DNA from: an uncultured bacterium
Lineage (GTDB): Bacteria; Oederibacteriota; JAAXVQ01; JAUVAV01
NCBI GenBank assembly: GCA_963710755.1
Contig: CAVQBK010000003.1
Location: 480,001 to 544,000 of the forward strand
Length of the DNA: 64,000 nt
Reading direction: 5' to 3'
The notes under the pieces were generated by a model. It did no database searches, was not told where the DNA came from, and saw nothing but the letters and a program-made list of their open reading frames with translations. Position numbers and translations under genes: made by a program. This document shows, piece after piece, positions 1-9,883 of this stretch (position 1 is the stretch's first letter; each line of letters starts with the position of its first letter).

Positions 1-1199
1 AAGAAGAGGCCTCCGGTGAAAGCCCTTTCTGCGGTGAGCTGACGGGCAAGCTAACTTTTTTGGGTTTGCAGGCTATGGTTGATCCGCCCCGGCCGGAAGC
101 CATTACCTCAATTCGTGCCTGCCGGCAGGCAGGGATCAAGGTGAAAATGATCACCGGCGATCATGTGCTTACGGCTAAGGCCATTGCCGGACAATTGGGA
201 CTGGGCGATGAAAACGGCGAGGTCCAAGCCGTGAGCGGCCAGGAATTGGAAGCCATGAGTGACCAGACCTTGTTGTCCAGGCTGCCCGAGGTTGCCGTTT
301 TTGCCCGGGTGGCACCGGAACAAAAACTGCGCTTGGTTAATGCCCTGCAAACTCTGGAACAGGTGGTGGCCATGACCGGAGACGGTGTGAATGACGCCCC
401 GGCCTTAAAACAAGCAGACATAGGCGTGGCCATGGGTAAAGGAGGCACGGAAGTGGCCAAGGAGGCCTCGGATATGCTGCTGACGGATGATAATTTTGCC
501 ACCATCGAAAAGGCGGTGGAAGAAGGCCGCGGTGTTTTTGACAACCTTACCAAATTCATTGTATGGACCCTTCCCACCAACCTCGGTGAAGGTCTGGTCA
601 TTCTGGCTGCCATCGTGGCGGGCATGACCTTGCCCATCCTGCCGGTGCAGATCCTGTGGATCAATATGACCACGGCCGTGCTGCTGGGTTTGATGCTGGC
701 CTTTGAAACCAAGGAACCGGGCATCATGGCGCGGCCACCGCGCGATCCCAGCACGCCCATCATTACGCCCCAATTGGTGGTGCGTATTCTTCTGGTTTCG
801 GCCTTGATGCTGATTGGCGCCTTCGGGCTTTTTGAATGGGAGCTGCGCCTGGGTGGCGCCGTGGAAAAAGCCCGCACCACAGCGGTCAATGTCTTTGTCA
901 TGATCGAAATGATTTACTTGCTTAATTGCCGATCCCTCACCAAATCCATGTTCCACCTGGGGGTGTTCAGCAATCCCATGATTATCATAGGCATGCTCAC
1001 CATGTTGCTGCTGCAACTGCTGTACACCTACGCGCCGTTTATGCAGCAGGCGTTTAAAAGCGCGCCCATCGGCGGCAAAGAATGGCTCATGATCGCGATT
1101 CTGGCGCTGACGGCTTATTCCCTGGTGGGCCTGGAGAAATGGATCAATGGCCGCAGGAGGCGGGGGCGTTTAAATAAGAAACATCTAGATGGGATGTAG
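1..1199 (+). CDS. P-type cation-transporting ATPase, type II (Ca2+ ATPase-like); 5' part lies outside the window
   Basis: DPPR, MITGDH, FARVAPEQK, MTGDGVNDAPALK motifs, PVQILWINM and C-terminal TM helices. Confidence 0.93.
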   Translation, partial: EEASGESPFCGELTGKLTFLGLQAMVDPPRPEAITSIRACRQAGIKVKMITGDHVLTAKAIAGQLGLGDENGEVQAVSGQELEAMSDQTLLSRLPEVAVFARVAPEQKLRLVNALQTLEQVVAMTGDGVNDAPALKQADIGVAMGKGGTEVAKEASDMLLTDDNFATIEKAVEEGRGVFDNLTKFIVWTLPTNLGEGLVILAAIVAGMTLPILPVQILWINMTTAVLLGLMLAFETKEPGIMARPPRDPSTPIITPQLVVRILLVSALMLIGAFGLFEWELRLGGAVEKARTTAVNVFVMIEMIYLLNCRSLTKSMFHLGVFSNPMIIIGMLTMLLLQLLYTYAPFMQQAFKSAPIGGKEWLMIAILALTAYSLVGLEKWINGRRRRGRLNKKHLDGM

Positions 1200-1444
1200 C
1201 TACGGATAAACAACATCTCCTGTTTGCAGGAAAAGAGCGCATGAACAAATTTGATTACTTCCATGTGCCATGACTGTAACAATGTAAAATAAAATTTTAC
1301 TCATATCAAATTCTCCTGCGGCTTGTTGCTGAAGCCAGTCCCTATAAGTTGGAGGCCATGACTGGTCGGGCCGAAAGGGAATTTAAAAAGAATACCGGTT
1401 TTCCACATCCTCTTCGGTTTTCCACCTTTTTTTCCACCAGTTTC

Positions 1445-1472
1445 TAAAGTTTGACATTTTGCTGCTCGATAC
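1445..1472 (+). promoter_or_regulatory. Putative sigma28 (FliA) promoter for the modification island
   Basis: TAAAG-N15-CTCGATAC, close to the TAAA-N15-GCCGATAA consensus, about 70 bp upstream of the ATG at 1545. Confidence 0.55.
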
Positions 1473-1544
1473 TATGGAGGTTATTACCCATCGGAAGCCT
1501 TTCACCGGGGAAAGGATTCCATAGTTCTTCGAGGAGTTTTGTCC

Positions 1545-2294
1545 ATGAGCCACGCCAGTTTGCGCCAACCTTCCCAGTATGATTTGACTGCATCTTTGCA
1601 GGCTGATCCTGAGCATCAATGTCCTGTTTGTGGGCACCACGGGGTCAAGCAGTTCGACGTACTTTGGCCGGAACTGATCGAGGCCTGGGACTTAACCCCG
1701 CCAGAGACTGCGCTGATTAACCGTCAGCAGGGCGAGCTTTGCCAGCACTGTGAATGCAATCTTCGTTCCCGCACGCTGGCCGGGGCATTGTGCCAAAGCC
1801 TGCATTGGAAGGGTTCGCTGAAATTGCTGACCGACGCGGCTATTTTGGAATCCTCCCATTTGCTGGAAATTAATGAAGCCGGACAATTACATACCTTTCT
1901 GCAGCGTTGGCCTTATTATACCTTTGCCGCTTATCCCCAAATTGATATGCAGGCCATGCCTTATGATGACCAACAATTTGACCTGATTATTCATTCCGAT
2001 ACCTTGGAGCATGTCCCGGATCCCATCAAGGCTCTGGCGGAATGTCACCGCCTACTCAAACCCATGGGCAGCATGATTATGACGATTCCCATAGTACCCA
2101 CCCGCCTTACCCGGCGGCGTGACCATTTGCCGGAGAGTTATCACGGCCAGTCGGGCACGGCAGCGGGCGACATGAAAGTGATCACCGAATACGGTGCTGA
2201 TTTTTATCTGGATTTAATTCAAGCCGGATGGCGACAAGTTACCTTGTACACTTTGGGCAGCCTGGCCTCCCTGGCGGTGATAGGCACTAAATAA
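1545..2294 (+). CDS. Class I SAM-dependent methyltransferase-like protein with CxxC/CxxC Zn-ribbon
   Basis: FDLIIHSDTLEHV and RLLKPMG motifs; CPVC and CQHC pairs; GAGGAG RBS. Confidence 0.75.
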   Translation: MSHASLRQPSQYDLTASLQADPEHQCPVCGHHGVKQFDVLWPELIEAWDLTPPETALINRQQGELCQHCECNLRSRTLAGALCQSLHWKGSLKLLTDAAILESSHLLEINEAGQLHTFLQRWPYYTFAAYPQIDMQAMPYDDQQFDLIIHSDTLEHVPDPIKALAECHRLLKPMGSMIMTIPIVPTRLTRRRDHLPESYHGQSGTAAGDMKVITEYGADFYLDLIQAGWRQVTLYTLGSLASLAVIGTK

Positions 2295-2344
2295 ATTTCT
2301 GCGCTTTGGCCAAGCCGTCAAGGCGGAAGAACAAGGAGCACCTC

Positions 2345-5300
2345 ATGAGTGAGCTCGAATTTACGGGCGAACGCTTTGTGACCGATTACGATTCGCCCCA
2401 AATCAGTTATGAACATTGGCACCGATATTGTTACGCCGCCCAATGGGTGGCCGGTAAAAAAGTTCTGGATATTGCCTGCGGAGCAGGTTACGGCAGTGCT
2501 TTGCTGGCCCAGACTGCAGCCGAGGTGATGGGCGTGGACATCAGCCCGGAAGCCGTGACCCATGCCCGGGCTGCCTATCCATTGGCCAATTTGCAGTTTG
2601 TGGTGGGGCAGGCCAGTGCTATTCCGGACTCCGGGCAAGAGCTGTTTGATGTGGTGGTGTCCTTCGAGACCATTGAGCACGTGGATCAATCCACGCAGCA
2701 AGCCTTTCTAAAGGAAATTAAACGGGTGCTCAAACCGGAAGGCATGCTTATTATTTCCACACCCAATAAGCTGGTGTACAGTGATCTGCCCAAATACCAT
2801 AACGAATTTCATGTAAAGGAATTTTATTTCCGTGAATTTAAAACCTTTTTGCAGCAGTATTTTAAGGAGACGGCCTTTTTGGGTCAGCGTGTTTATGCGG
2901 GTTCCCATATCTGGCCTTTGGAGCAAAAGACCGACAAGCCGGCGGTGGAGTTTCATCTGAATTTTGATCAGACACTGAAACCGGTGCAGCAGCCCAAAAG
3001 TGATCTTTATGATCTGGCGATATGCAGCGATCAGCCCCTGCCGGCGACAGCCCCTTCCACCATGGTGGATTTAAGCGACCGGTTGATGCAACTTAAAGAC
3101 AGAAGCATTGGCGAATTGCAAGCCCTGCTGCTGCAAAAAGAGCAGGTTATCCGTCAACTGCAGGACGCTTTGCAGCAAAGGCCGGAGCCGCAAAACCTTC
3201 CTGCGGGTAATGCCCCAGTCCAGGCGCCAAAAGTCAGCATTGTTATTCCAGTATTCAACCAGGTGGAGTATACCCAACAATGTCTGGAAGCCCTGGCTGG
3301 CCACACGCCGGGGGAGCTGTTTGAACTTATTGTGGTGGACAATGCCTCCACGGATCAAACCGGGATGTTATTGAATGCTTTGGAAGGGGACGTGAAGATC
3401 GTCCGCAATCAGGAAAACCAGGGCTTTGTCCTGGCCTGTAACCAGGGTGCGGCTTTGGCCGGCGGCGAGTACATCCTGTTTCTTAACAATGATACCATTC
3501 CCCAGCCAGGTTGGCTGGAGGCTATGGTAGACCTGGCGGACCAGGACAGCTCCATTGGCGCGGTGGGCGCGAAGCTGATTTATCCCAACGGCAAACTGCA
3601 GGAAGCGGGCGGGTTGATTTTCAAGGATGGCAGCGGCTGGAATTTCGGGCGTCTCGATGACCCCAACAAGACGGCGTACAATGAAGCCTGTCAGGTGGAT
3701 TACTGTTCCGGCGCGGCCTTGATGGTGCGGGCGGAATTGTTCCAGGAGCTCGGCGGGTTTGATCAGCGCTTCGCCCCGGCTTATTATGAAGATACGGATT
3801 TGTGTTTTGGCCTGCGAGCGCTGGGCTATGTGGTGATGTTTTGTCCTCAGGCGGCGGTGGTGCATTGTGAAGGCATTACGGCAGGCACTGATCTGGCCCA
3901 GGGCTTCAAACATTACCAGGTGGTTAACCGCAGCAAGTTCGTGGAAAAATGGGCCGACGCACTGGCCTTGCAGGAAGAGCCGCCCAGTCTCACCAAACTA
4001 TTGCCCACCACGGCTGACCGTGTCAAACGGGGTCTGGCCCAGCCGCTTCAACCGGTCCACACGACGGTGACCACAGGACCTGTCAATGTACTGGTCATCG
4101 ACCCGATCCTGCCCCGCTATGACCGGGCCTCCGGTTCTTTACGCCTGTTTAATATCCTCAAAATTCTGCGCGCCCTAGACTGTCAGGTGACCTACATTGC
4201 CCGCAATGGTGTGCGCCAGGAACAGTATAAGCGGGAACTGGAAGCCATGGGCATCACGGTTTATGCCACTGATCCGGAAAAAATGGCGGCGCTTGGCTGT
4301 CCTCTGGAAGCGGAACCCATAAATCTCAAGGCTATTTTGCAGGCCACACCCTTTCACCTGGCCTGGCTTTCTTTTTATGATATTGCGGAACAATATCTGG
4401 CGGAGATTCGTCAATGGTCACCGCAGACCACCGTCATGATCGATACGGTGGATGTGCATTTTTTAAGAGAAGAGCGTCAGGCCGCGCTGGCCAACGATCC
4501 TCAGCTGGCCGCCAAAGCTAAACTCACCAAGCAGCGGGAGCTGGCCATTTATCAACAGGCGGACTGGCTCATGACCGTGACGCCTGATGATCAAGCCGTG
4601 CTGCACGAGGTCCTGCCGGACAAGGAGATCGTGGTGCTGCCCAATATTCACGGCCAGCAGCCGGATGGCCCGGGCTTTAGCGAACGCCGCGATCTGCTCT
4701 TTGTGGGCAATTTTCATCATCCCCCCAATGGCGATGCCATGGTGTATTTCTGCCGTGAGGTGCTGCCCAAAGTACAGCGGCAATGGCCTGAAGTTAAACT
4801 GACCATTGTGGGCGATTCGCCGCCGCCGGAGGTTAAAGCCCTGGCCAATGACCGGGTGACGGTTACCGGGTACGTGCTGGAAACGGAACCCTATCTCAAT
4901 GCCCACCGACTTTCCGTGGCACCTTTACGCTATGGCGCGGGCATGAAAGGTAAAATCGGAGAAGCCCTGAGTCACGGTCTGCCGGTGGTCACCACTTCCA
5001 TCGGCAGCGAAGGCATGGGTCTCATCGATAGCGAACAGGTGCTGATCGCCGATGATCCCCAATCCATGGCCGATGCCATCGGCCGGCTCTACCAGGATCA
5101 GGCGCTGTGGGAAAAGCTGGCCTACAATGGCAAAGCTTACATTGAAGACCATTTCGGGTTTACTGCGGTTACCCGGATCATGACCGGCCTGCTGGGGCGT
5201 TTGGGTGCCCGGCGTGGGACGTCTTCGGGATTGGTCAGTATTATTATTTTGGCGCATAACCAGCTCGAATACACGCAGCGTTGTGTGGAGAGCATTTTTC

Positions 5301-6091
5301 AGCATACGGACGAGCCCTATGAATTGATCATGGTGGACAACCATTCCACCGACGGTACGGCAGCGTATTTGGCCACCCTGAACAACCTTAAACCATTATC
5401 CTGCTGCGGCATCACCCTTCTTTCCAATCAGGCTAATCTGGGGTTTTCAGCAGGGAACAATCAAGGCTTGGCCGCAGCCCGGGGCGACTTCATGTTGTTA
5501 CTCAACAATGACACTGTGGTGACGGATGGCTGGCTCGCCACCATGCTCCGCGTCATGGCCGAAAAACCGCAGATTGGAATTGTGGGGCCCATGTCCAATT
5601 ATGTTTCCGGTCCGCAATTGGTGCGCGCCGTGGGCTACGATGTCAACAGCTTGCGCGGACTCGGCGAATATGCGGCCAATTTCAGCCATCGTCGTCAGGG
5701 GGAAGCCCGGCCTTTTTGGCGGGTGGTGGGCTTTTGCATGCTCATCAAGCGCGAGGTGATCGACGCCATCGGAGGGTTTGACGACCGTTACGGCCTGGGT
5801 AATTTTGAGGACGATGATTTCAGCCTACGCGCCGCGCTGGCGGGATTTGAATCATGGATCGCGGGCGACAGCTATGTTCATCACTTCGGCAGCCGCACCT
5901 TTGCCGGCGCGCGTCTGGATTATGATCAAAGCCTGCGTCAGAACTGGGAAATCTTCAAGCGCAAATGGAGCATTCCCCTGGAGGTGGGCTACGGCGAACC
6001 TTATGAAATGAATACCTTGATCGAGCAACGGTTTGTGGAATGCCATTACTGTCCCCTGCCGGATGTGGCAGCCGTAGGAGGTAACCTGTGA
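2345..6091 (+). CDS. Fusion: SAM methyltransferase + GT2 + GT4 + GT2 glycosyltransferases
   Basis: VLDIACGAGYG; two GT2 domains (VDNAS/VDNHS, LNNDT, YYEDTD/NFEDDD); GT4 segment LFVGNF..HPPN..KGKIGEAL; AAGGAG before ATG 2345. Confidence 0.9.
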   Translation: MSELEFTGERFVTDYDSPQISYEHWHRYCYAAQWVAGKKVLDIACGAGYGSALLAQTAAEVMGVDISPEAVTHARAAYPLANLQFVVGQASAIPDSGQELFDVVVSFETIEHVDQSTQQAFLKEIKRVLKPEGMLIISTPNKLVYSDLPKYHNEFHVKEFYFREFKTFLQQYFKETAFLGQRVYAGSHIWPLEQKTDKPAVEFHLNFDQTLKPVQQPKSDLYDLAICSDQPLPATAPSTMVDLSDRLMQLKDRSIGELQALLLQKEQVIRQLQDALQQRPEPQNLPAGNAPVQAPKVSIVIPVFNQVEYTQQCLEALAGHTPGELFELIVVDNASTDQTGMLLNALEGDVKIVRNQENQGFVLACNQGAALAGGEYILFLNNDTIPQPGWLEAMVDLADQDSSIGAVGAKLIYPNGKLQEAGGLIFKDGSGWNFGRLDDPNKTAYNEACQVDYCSGAALMVRAELFQELGGFDQRFAPAYYEDTDLCFGLRALGYVVMFCPQAAVVHCEGITAGTDLAQGFKHYQVVNRSKFVEKWADALALQEEPPSLTKLLPTTADRVKRGLAQPLQPVHTTVTTGPVNVLVIDPILPRYDRASGSLRLFNILKILRALDCQVTYIARNGVRQEQYKRELEAMGITVYATDPEKMAALGCPLEAEPINLKAILQATPFHLAWLSFYDIAEQYLAEIRQWSPQTTVMIDTVDVHFLREERQAALANDPQLAAKAKLTKQRELAIYQQADWLMTVTPDDQAVLHEVLPDKEIVVLPNIHGQQPDGPGFSERRDLLFVGNFHHPPNGDAMVYFCREVLPKVQRQWPEVKLTIVGDSPPPEVKALANDRVTVTGYVLETEPYLNAHRLSVAPLRYGAGMKGKIGEALSHGLPVVTTSIGSEGMGLIDSEQVLIADDPQSMADAIGRLYQDQALWEKLAYNGKAYIEDHFGFTAVTRIMTGLLGRLGARRGTSSGLVSIIILAHNQLEYTQRCVESIFQHTDEPYELIMVDNHSTDGTAAYLATLNNLKPLSCCGITLLSNQANLGFSAGNNQGLAAARGDFMLLLNNDTVVTDGWLATMLRVMAEKPQIGIVGPMSNYVSGPQLVRAVGYDVNSLRGLGEYAANFSHRRQGEARPFWRVVGFCMLIKREVIDAIGGFDDRYGLGNFEDDDFSLRAALAGFESWIAGDSYVHHFGSRTFAGARLDYDQSLRQNWEIFKRKWSIPLEVGYGEPYEMNTLIEQRFVECHYCPLPDVAAVGGNL

Positions 6092-7947
6092 AGAGCAAAG
6101 CCAAGAGCCGCGCTAAAAAAATAAAGCGTCGTTCCGGCGTCAAACCGGCCGCCCCGGTCAAAAAAGTCCTGATCGGGCCCAAACTATCGTTATGCATGAT
6201 TGCCAGGGATGAAGCCCGCCATTTGGGCAGCTGCCTTAAGAGTGTCCGTCATTTGGTGGATGAGCTGATCGTGGTCGATACCGGTTCCCAGGACAATACC
6301 CCGGAAATTGCCCGCAGCCACGGTGCCAAGGTGGTCCATTTTCCTTGGCGCAATGATTTCAGTGCAGCCCGCAATGAATCCATCCGCCATGCCACTGGGG
6401 ATTATATCCTCTGGCTGGATGCGGATGATGTGCTCGACCAGGAAGATCAGCAACAGCTGCTGGCCCTAAGAGCACACCTGCCTCGGGAAAAAAATCAGGC
6501 TTATTTTTTCCTGGTCAAGAACGAGGACCGCAAACTGGGCACCACCTCTTTTTTCCAATTGCGGCTTTTTCCCAATCTTCCTGAAGCGCGTTTCGACTAT
6601 GCGGTCCATGAACAGATCAGCCATCGTCTGGAAGCTGCCGGGATCACCCTGCTGCGCGCGCCCGTGGCGGTGCGCCATTTGGGCAACGTAAGTCATGATG
6701 ACCTGGTGCGCAAATCGCGGCGCAATCTGGCCATAATTGAAGAGGAACTGAAAAAGGATCCCCGCCATCTGGTGATGCATTATCAGGCCGCCCGGACCCT
6801 GGCCAATCTGAATGAATTGGAAAAAGCCGTGAGCCATATGCAACAGGTGCTGGACGGGCTAAAAGCGGACAACCAACAAAGTGCTTTTTATTTTGAAGCC
6901 GGTCTGCTCATGGGACGCTACTATAATGAACTGGGCCTGTTCAGCTCCGCCGAGAGTGTAATTAAGGAAATACAGGAGTCGTTTAAAGAAGCGCCCTTGC
7001 TGCAATTGGAACTGGGTAAAAGTTATTATTTGCAGGAACGCTATGAAGAGGCTATTCAAGAACTGGCACCGCTGCTGGATCAGGACCTGCAGGCAGGCCA
7101 TGTGGCGGTTAATGAAGACTTGGTTCGCTATCAGCAGACCTATTATCTGGGCAAGGCCTATGAAACCATTGGGGATCCAGCGCAAGCCAAGGCCATGTAT
7201 CAACGATCGTTAAATTACCACCAACGCGATTTTCAGAGCTACCATGCTCTGGGTATGCTCAGTCTGAAAAATGGGGCATTTGAAGAGGCCCTGCAGTACC
7301 TGCTTCAGAGCAGCCAGGCAGCATCGCAAGACGACTGCGTGCTTCAGAGCAATCTGGGTCTGGTTTACAAAAAGCTGGGTCGTGGGCAAGAGGCTGAGAA
7401 AGCCTTGATGCGGGCTATTGAAATTAATCCCGACCGCCTGGAAGCTTTTGTCAACCTTGGTTATCTTTATCAGGAAAGCCATAACTGGGGCAAGGCCGCC
7501 AGCAGCTTTAAACGGGCACTGAAACTGGACCCAACCCTTTGGGATGTGCACCTCTGTCTGTGTGATGTTTATTTCAATTTGCGCCAGGTGGACATGTTGG
7601 TGGAAACCTGCAACGATCTGCTATCCGGCCTGGGCCTGCAGGTCAACCAAACCCTGGAAGGACTGGATGACCTGGCCGCAATCTTTGAAAGTGTGGGAGA
7701 CAGTTTTTCCCAAACCGGTAAAAATGAATTGGCGGTGATGGCCTATCAAACCGGGTTTGGTATTTTCCCGCTCACCGCTATTTTGCATAAACTTTTACCT
7801 CTGGCTGCCGCCTCCGGACGCAGAGCGCAGGTCATGACCACGCTCAAAGAATCCGTAGAACGTCATGGTGATGATCCGCAGGTAATGGCATCTGTACAGA
7901 GTGTGCTTGACCAATTTCAACAAAGCGCCCAGCACGCCTATCGCTGA
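6088..7947 (+). CDS. GT2 glycosyltransferase with TPR repeats (flagellin glycosyltransferase-like architecture)
   Basis: LSLCMIARDE, VDTGS, DFSAARN, WLDADD, VHE motifs followed by several TPR repeats; GGAGG RBS. Confidence 0.88.
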   Translation: MKSKAKSRAKKIKRRSGVKPAAPVKKVLIGPKLSLCMIARDEARHLGSCLKSVRHLVDELIVVDTGSQDNTPEIARSHGAKVVHFPWRNDFSAARNESIRHATGDYILWLDADDVLDQEDQQQLLALRAHLPREKNQAYFFLVKNEDRKLGTTSFFQLRLFPNLPEARFDYAVHEQISHRLEAAGITLLRAPVAVRHLGNVSHDDLVRKSRRNLAIIEEELKKDPRHLVMHYQAARTLANLNELEKAVSHMQQVLDGLKADNQQSAFYFEAGLLMGRYYNELGLFSSAESVIKEIQESFKEAPLLQLELGKSYYLQERYEEAIQELAPLLDQDLQAGHVAVNEDLVRYQQTYYLGKAYETIGDPAQAKAMYQRSLNYHQRDFQSYHALGMLSLKNGAFEEALQYLLQSSQAASQDDCVLQSNLGLVYKKLGRGQEAEKALMRAIEINPDRLEAFVNLGYLYQESHNWGKAASSFKRALKLDPTLWDVHLCLCDVYFNLRQVDMLVETCNDLLSGLGLQVNQTLEGLDDLAAIFESVGDSFSQTGKNELAVMAYQTGFGIFPLTAILHKLLPLAAASGRRAQVMTTLKESVERHGDDPQVMASVQSVLDQFQQSAQHAYR

Positions 7948-7987
7948 CATAACCCCGCCGGCGGCAGGCCGGCGCAAGGACAAGGCT

Positions 7988-8887
7988 ATGATTCAAACCA
8001 TAAGCAGTGATCGTTTATCCGCACCGGGCGCGCTCTATGAAGAGGAGTGCGCCTTGCATTCGCTGGAGGAGTTCCGGCATTACCTGCAGCGGGTGCTTGC
8101 GCCGCGGCTGAGATTGGAGGAACGTTTGGCCAGGACAGGCCAGACCAGGCCCCAGTGGACGCTGGCCGGTTATTGTGAAGCTTGCGAGAAGTTGATGCCG
8201 CTGCAGCTGGATTGGCTTTCTTCGGACCGGGTCACGCCCAATTACCGGGAACGCCTGATTTGTCCGGCCTGTCAGCTCAACAACCGTCAGCGCTATACCC
8301 TGGGCTTGGTCAAGCGCCTGCTGCGGCAGTGGCCTGAGCCCATACCGGAAATTTATTTATACGAGCAAATCACACCTTTTTATCATTACATCCAGCGGTA
8401 CTTTAAAAGCGCCCTTATCACGGGTAGTGAATATTTTGGGTTTGAACACCAATCGGGTGAAGTGATCGACGGCATCCGCCATGAGGATGCCCTGGCCCTG
8501 AGTTTTGCCGATGAAGCCATGGCCATGATTGTATCCAATGATGTTTATGAGCATGTCCCTGATTACCACTTGGCTCTGCAAGAAGCGTTTCGCGTACTCC
8601 AGCCCGGCGGGCGGCTGGTGTTTTCCATCCCGTTTTATGCAGACCGGGAACAAACCAAGCCCAGGGCTGTGCTGGAAGAAGGGCAAATCAGACACCTCCA
8701 GCCTGAACAGTATCACGGCAATCCCATGCTCAACAAAGGCTCTTTGGTATTTCATGATTTTGGCTGGGATATTTTGGAGGCCTGCCGGCAGGCGGGGTTT
8801 AACCAGGCCTACGTGCTGGCCTATTACAGCGTGTTCTATGGCCATGTCGGCAATGGCAGCCAACAGGTGTTTATCGCTGAAAAATAA
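7988..8887 (+). CDS. Class I SAM-dependent methyltransferase-like protein with Zn-ribbon
   Basis: SNDVYEHVPD and RVLQPGG; CEAC/CPAC pairs; resembles 1545..2294. Confidence 0.75.
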   Translation: MIQTISSDRLSAPGALYEEECALHSLEEFRHYLQRVLAPRLRLEERLARTGQTRPQWTLAGYCEACEKLMPLQLDWLSSDRVTPNYRERLICPACQLNNRQRYTLGLVKRLLRQWPEPIPEIYLYEQITPFYHYIQRYFKSALITGSEYFGFEHQSGEVIDGIRHEDALALSFADEAMAMIVSNDVYEHVPDYHLALQEAFRVLQPGGRLVFSIPFYADREQTKPRAVLEEGQIRHLQPEQYHGNPMLNKGSLVFHDFGWDILEACRQAGFNQAYVLAYYSVFYGHVGNGSQQVFIAEK

Positions 8888-8955
8888 TTTGATGATCCGG
8901 ACCGGCACATCGACCAGCTCGGCAACCGGACCGGGAAAAATTACAGGAGGGGAAG

Positions 8956-9846
8956 ATGCATCCCTTGGAAACGCAAATGCGCAAAGTGATGGAGGAGCGG
9001 GATTTTTATAAAAGCATGCAATTTGTACCTCCCGGTCATTTTTATTCAGCCATTCCCGATTTGCAGGAAATCCGTCAGCACGAAGCCCGTTTGTTCCAGG
9101 CGCCGGCCAAGACCTTGCCGGGCATGAATCTGAATGAAGCGGCACAGCTGGCGTTGATGGATCAATTTGCAGCCTTTTACAATGAGGTGAATTTTCCTGA
9201 ACACAAACAAAAGGATTGGCGTTATTTCTATCAAAACCCGGCCTTTTCCTATGCCGATGGCTTGGTGCTCTATTCCATGCTCCGCTGGGCTAAGCCTAAT
9301 AAAATCATTGAAGTGGGCTCCGGTTATTCTTCCTGTGTCACCTTGGATACGAACCAACGCTTTTTTGATGGGCAGATCGAGTGTGTTTTCATGGAGCCTT
9401 ATCCTGATCTGCTGCTCAATCTTATAGAACCGGATGATTTGAAAAAAGTGGAGCTGTTGCCGCTGGGCCTGCAGGAAGTGGACCTGACCTATTTTGAGTC
9501 CTTGGAGCCCGGTGATATTTGCTTCATAGATTCCACTCATGTGGGCAAAGTGGGCAGTGATGTCAATTACATTTTCTTTCAAATCCTGCCGGCCTTGAAA
9601 AAAGGGGTGATCATTCATTTCCACGATATTTTTTACCCTTTTGAATATCCCAAAGAATGGATTTTTGAAGGCCGGGCTTGGAATGAAAATTATTATTTGC
9701 GGGTTTTCTTGGAATTTAATCAGGCTTTTGAAATTCTATATTTCAATGATTACCTGCGTCAATTTCATGCCGGCCTAATCAGTGCCAAAATGCCACTTTG
9801 CCTTAAAAACAGCGGTGGCAGCATCTGGTTAAAAAAAGTGCTATGA
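8956..9846 (+). CDS. Class I SAM-dependent methyltransferase (Methyltransf_24-like)
   Basis: IIEVGSGYSS, FIDSTH and HFHDIF motifs; AGGAGG RBS. Confidence 0.85.
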   Translation: MHPLETQMRKVMEERDFYKSMQFVPPGHFYSAIPDLQEIRQHEARLFQAPAKTLPGMNLNEAAQLALMDQFAAFYNEVNFPEHKQKDWRYFYQNPAFSYADGLVLYSMLRWAKPNKIIEVGSGYSSCVTLDTNQRFFDGQIECVFMEPYPDLLLNLIEPDDLKKVELLPLGLQEVDLTYFESLEPGDICFIDSTHVGKVGSDVNYIFFQILPALKKGVIIHFHDIFYPFEYPKEWIFEGRAWNENYYLRVFLEFNQAFEILYFNDYLRQFHAGLISAKMPLCLKNSGGSIWLKKVL

Positions 9847-9883
9847 CCGCTTGGAGCGTTCAGGCGGGCATGGCGGGGGAATT

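Noticed and set aside
161-1016. Long antisense ORFs here and opposite fliC, fliF, fliI, flhA and the giant gene (e.g. 11777..12529, 27513..28670, 38916..39995)
   Set aside because: Shadow ORFs of well-supported sense genes, with no recognisable motifs
1476-1523. GGAA-N4-TTCC-like boxes resembling the activator half-sites
   Set aside because: No sigma54 promoter downstream and they lie inside the predicted leader; may be chance
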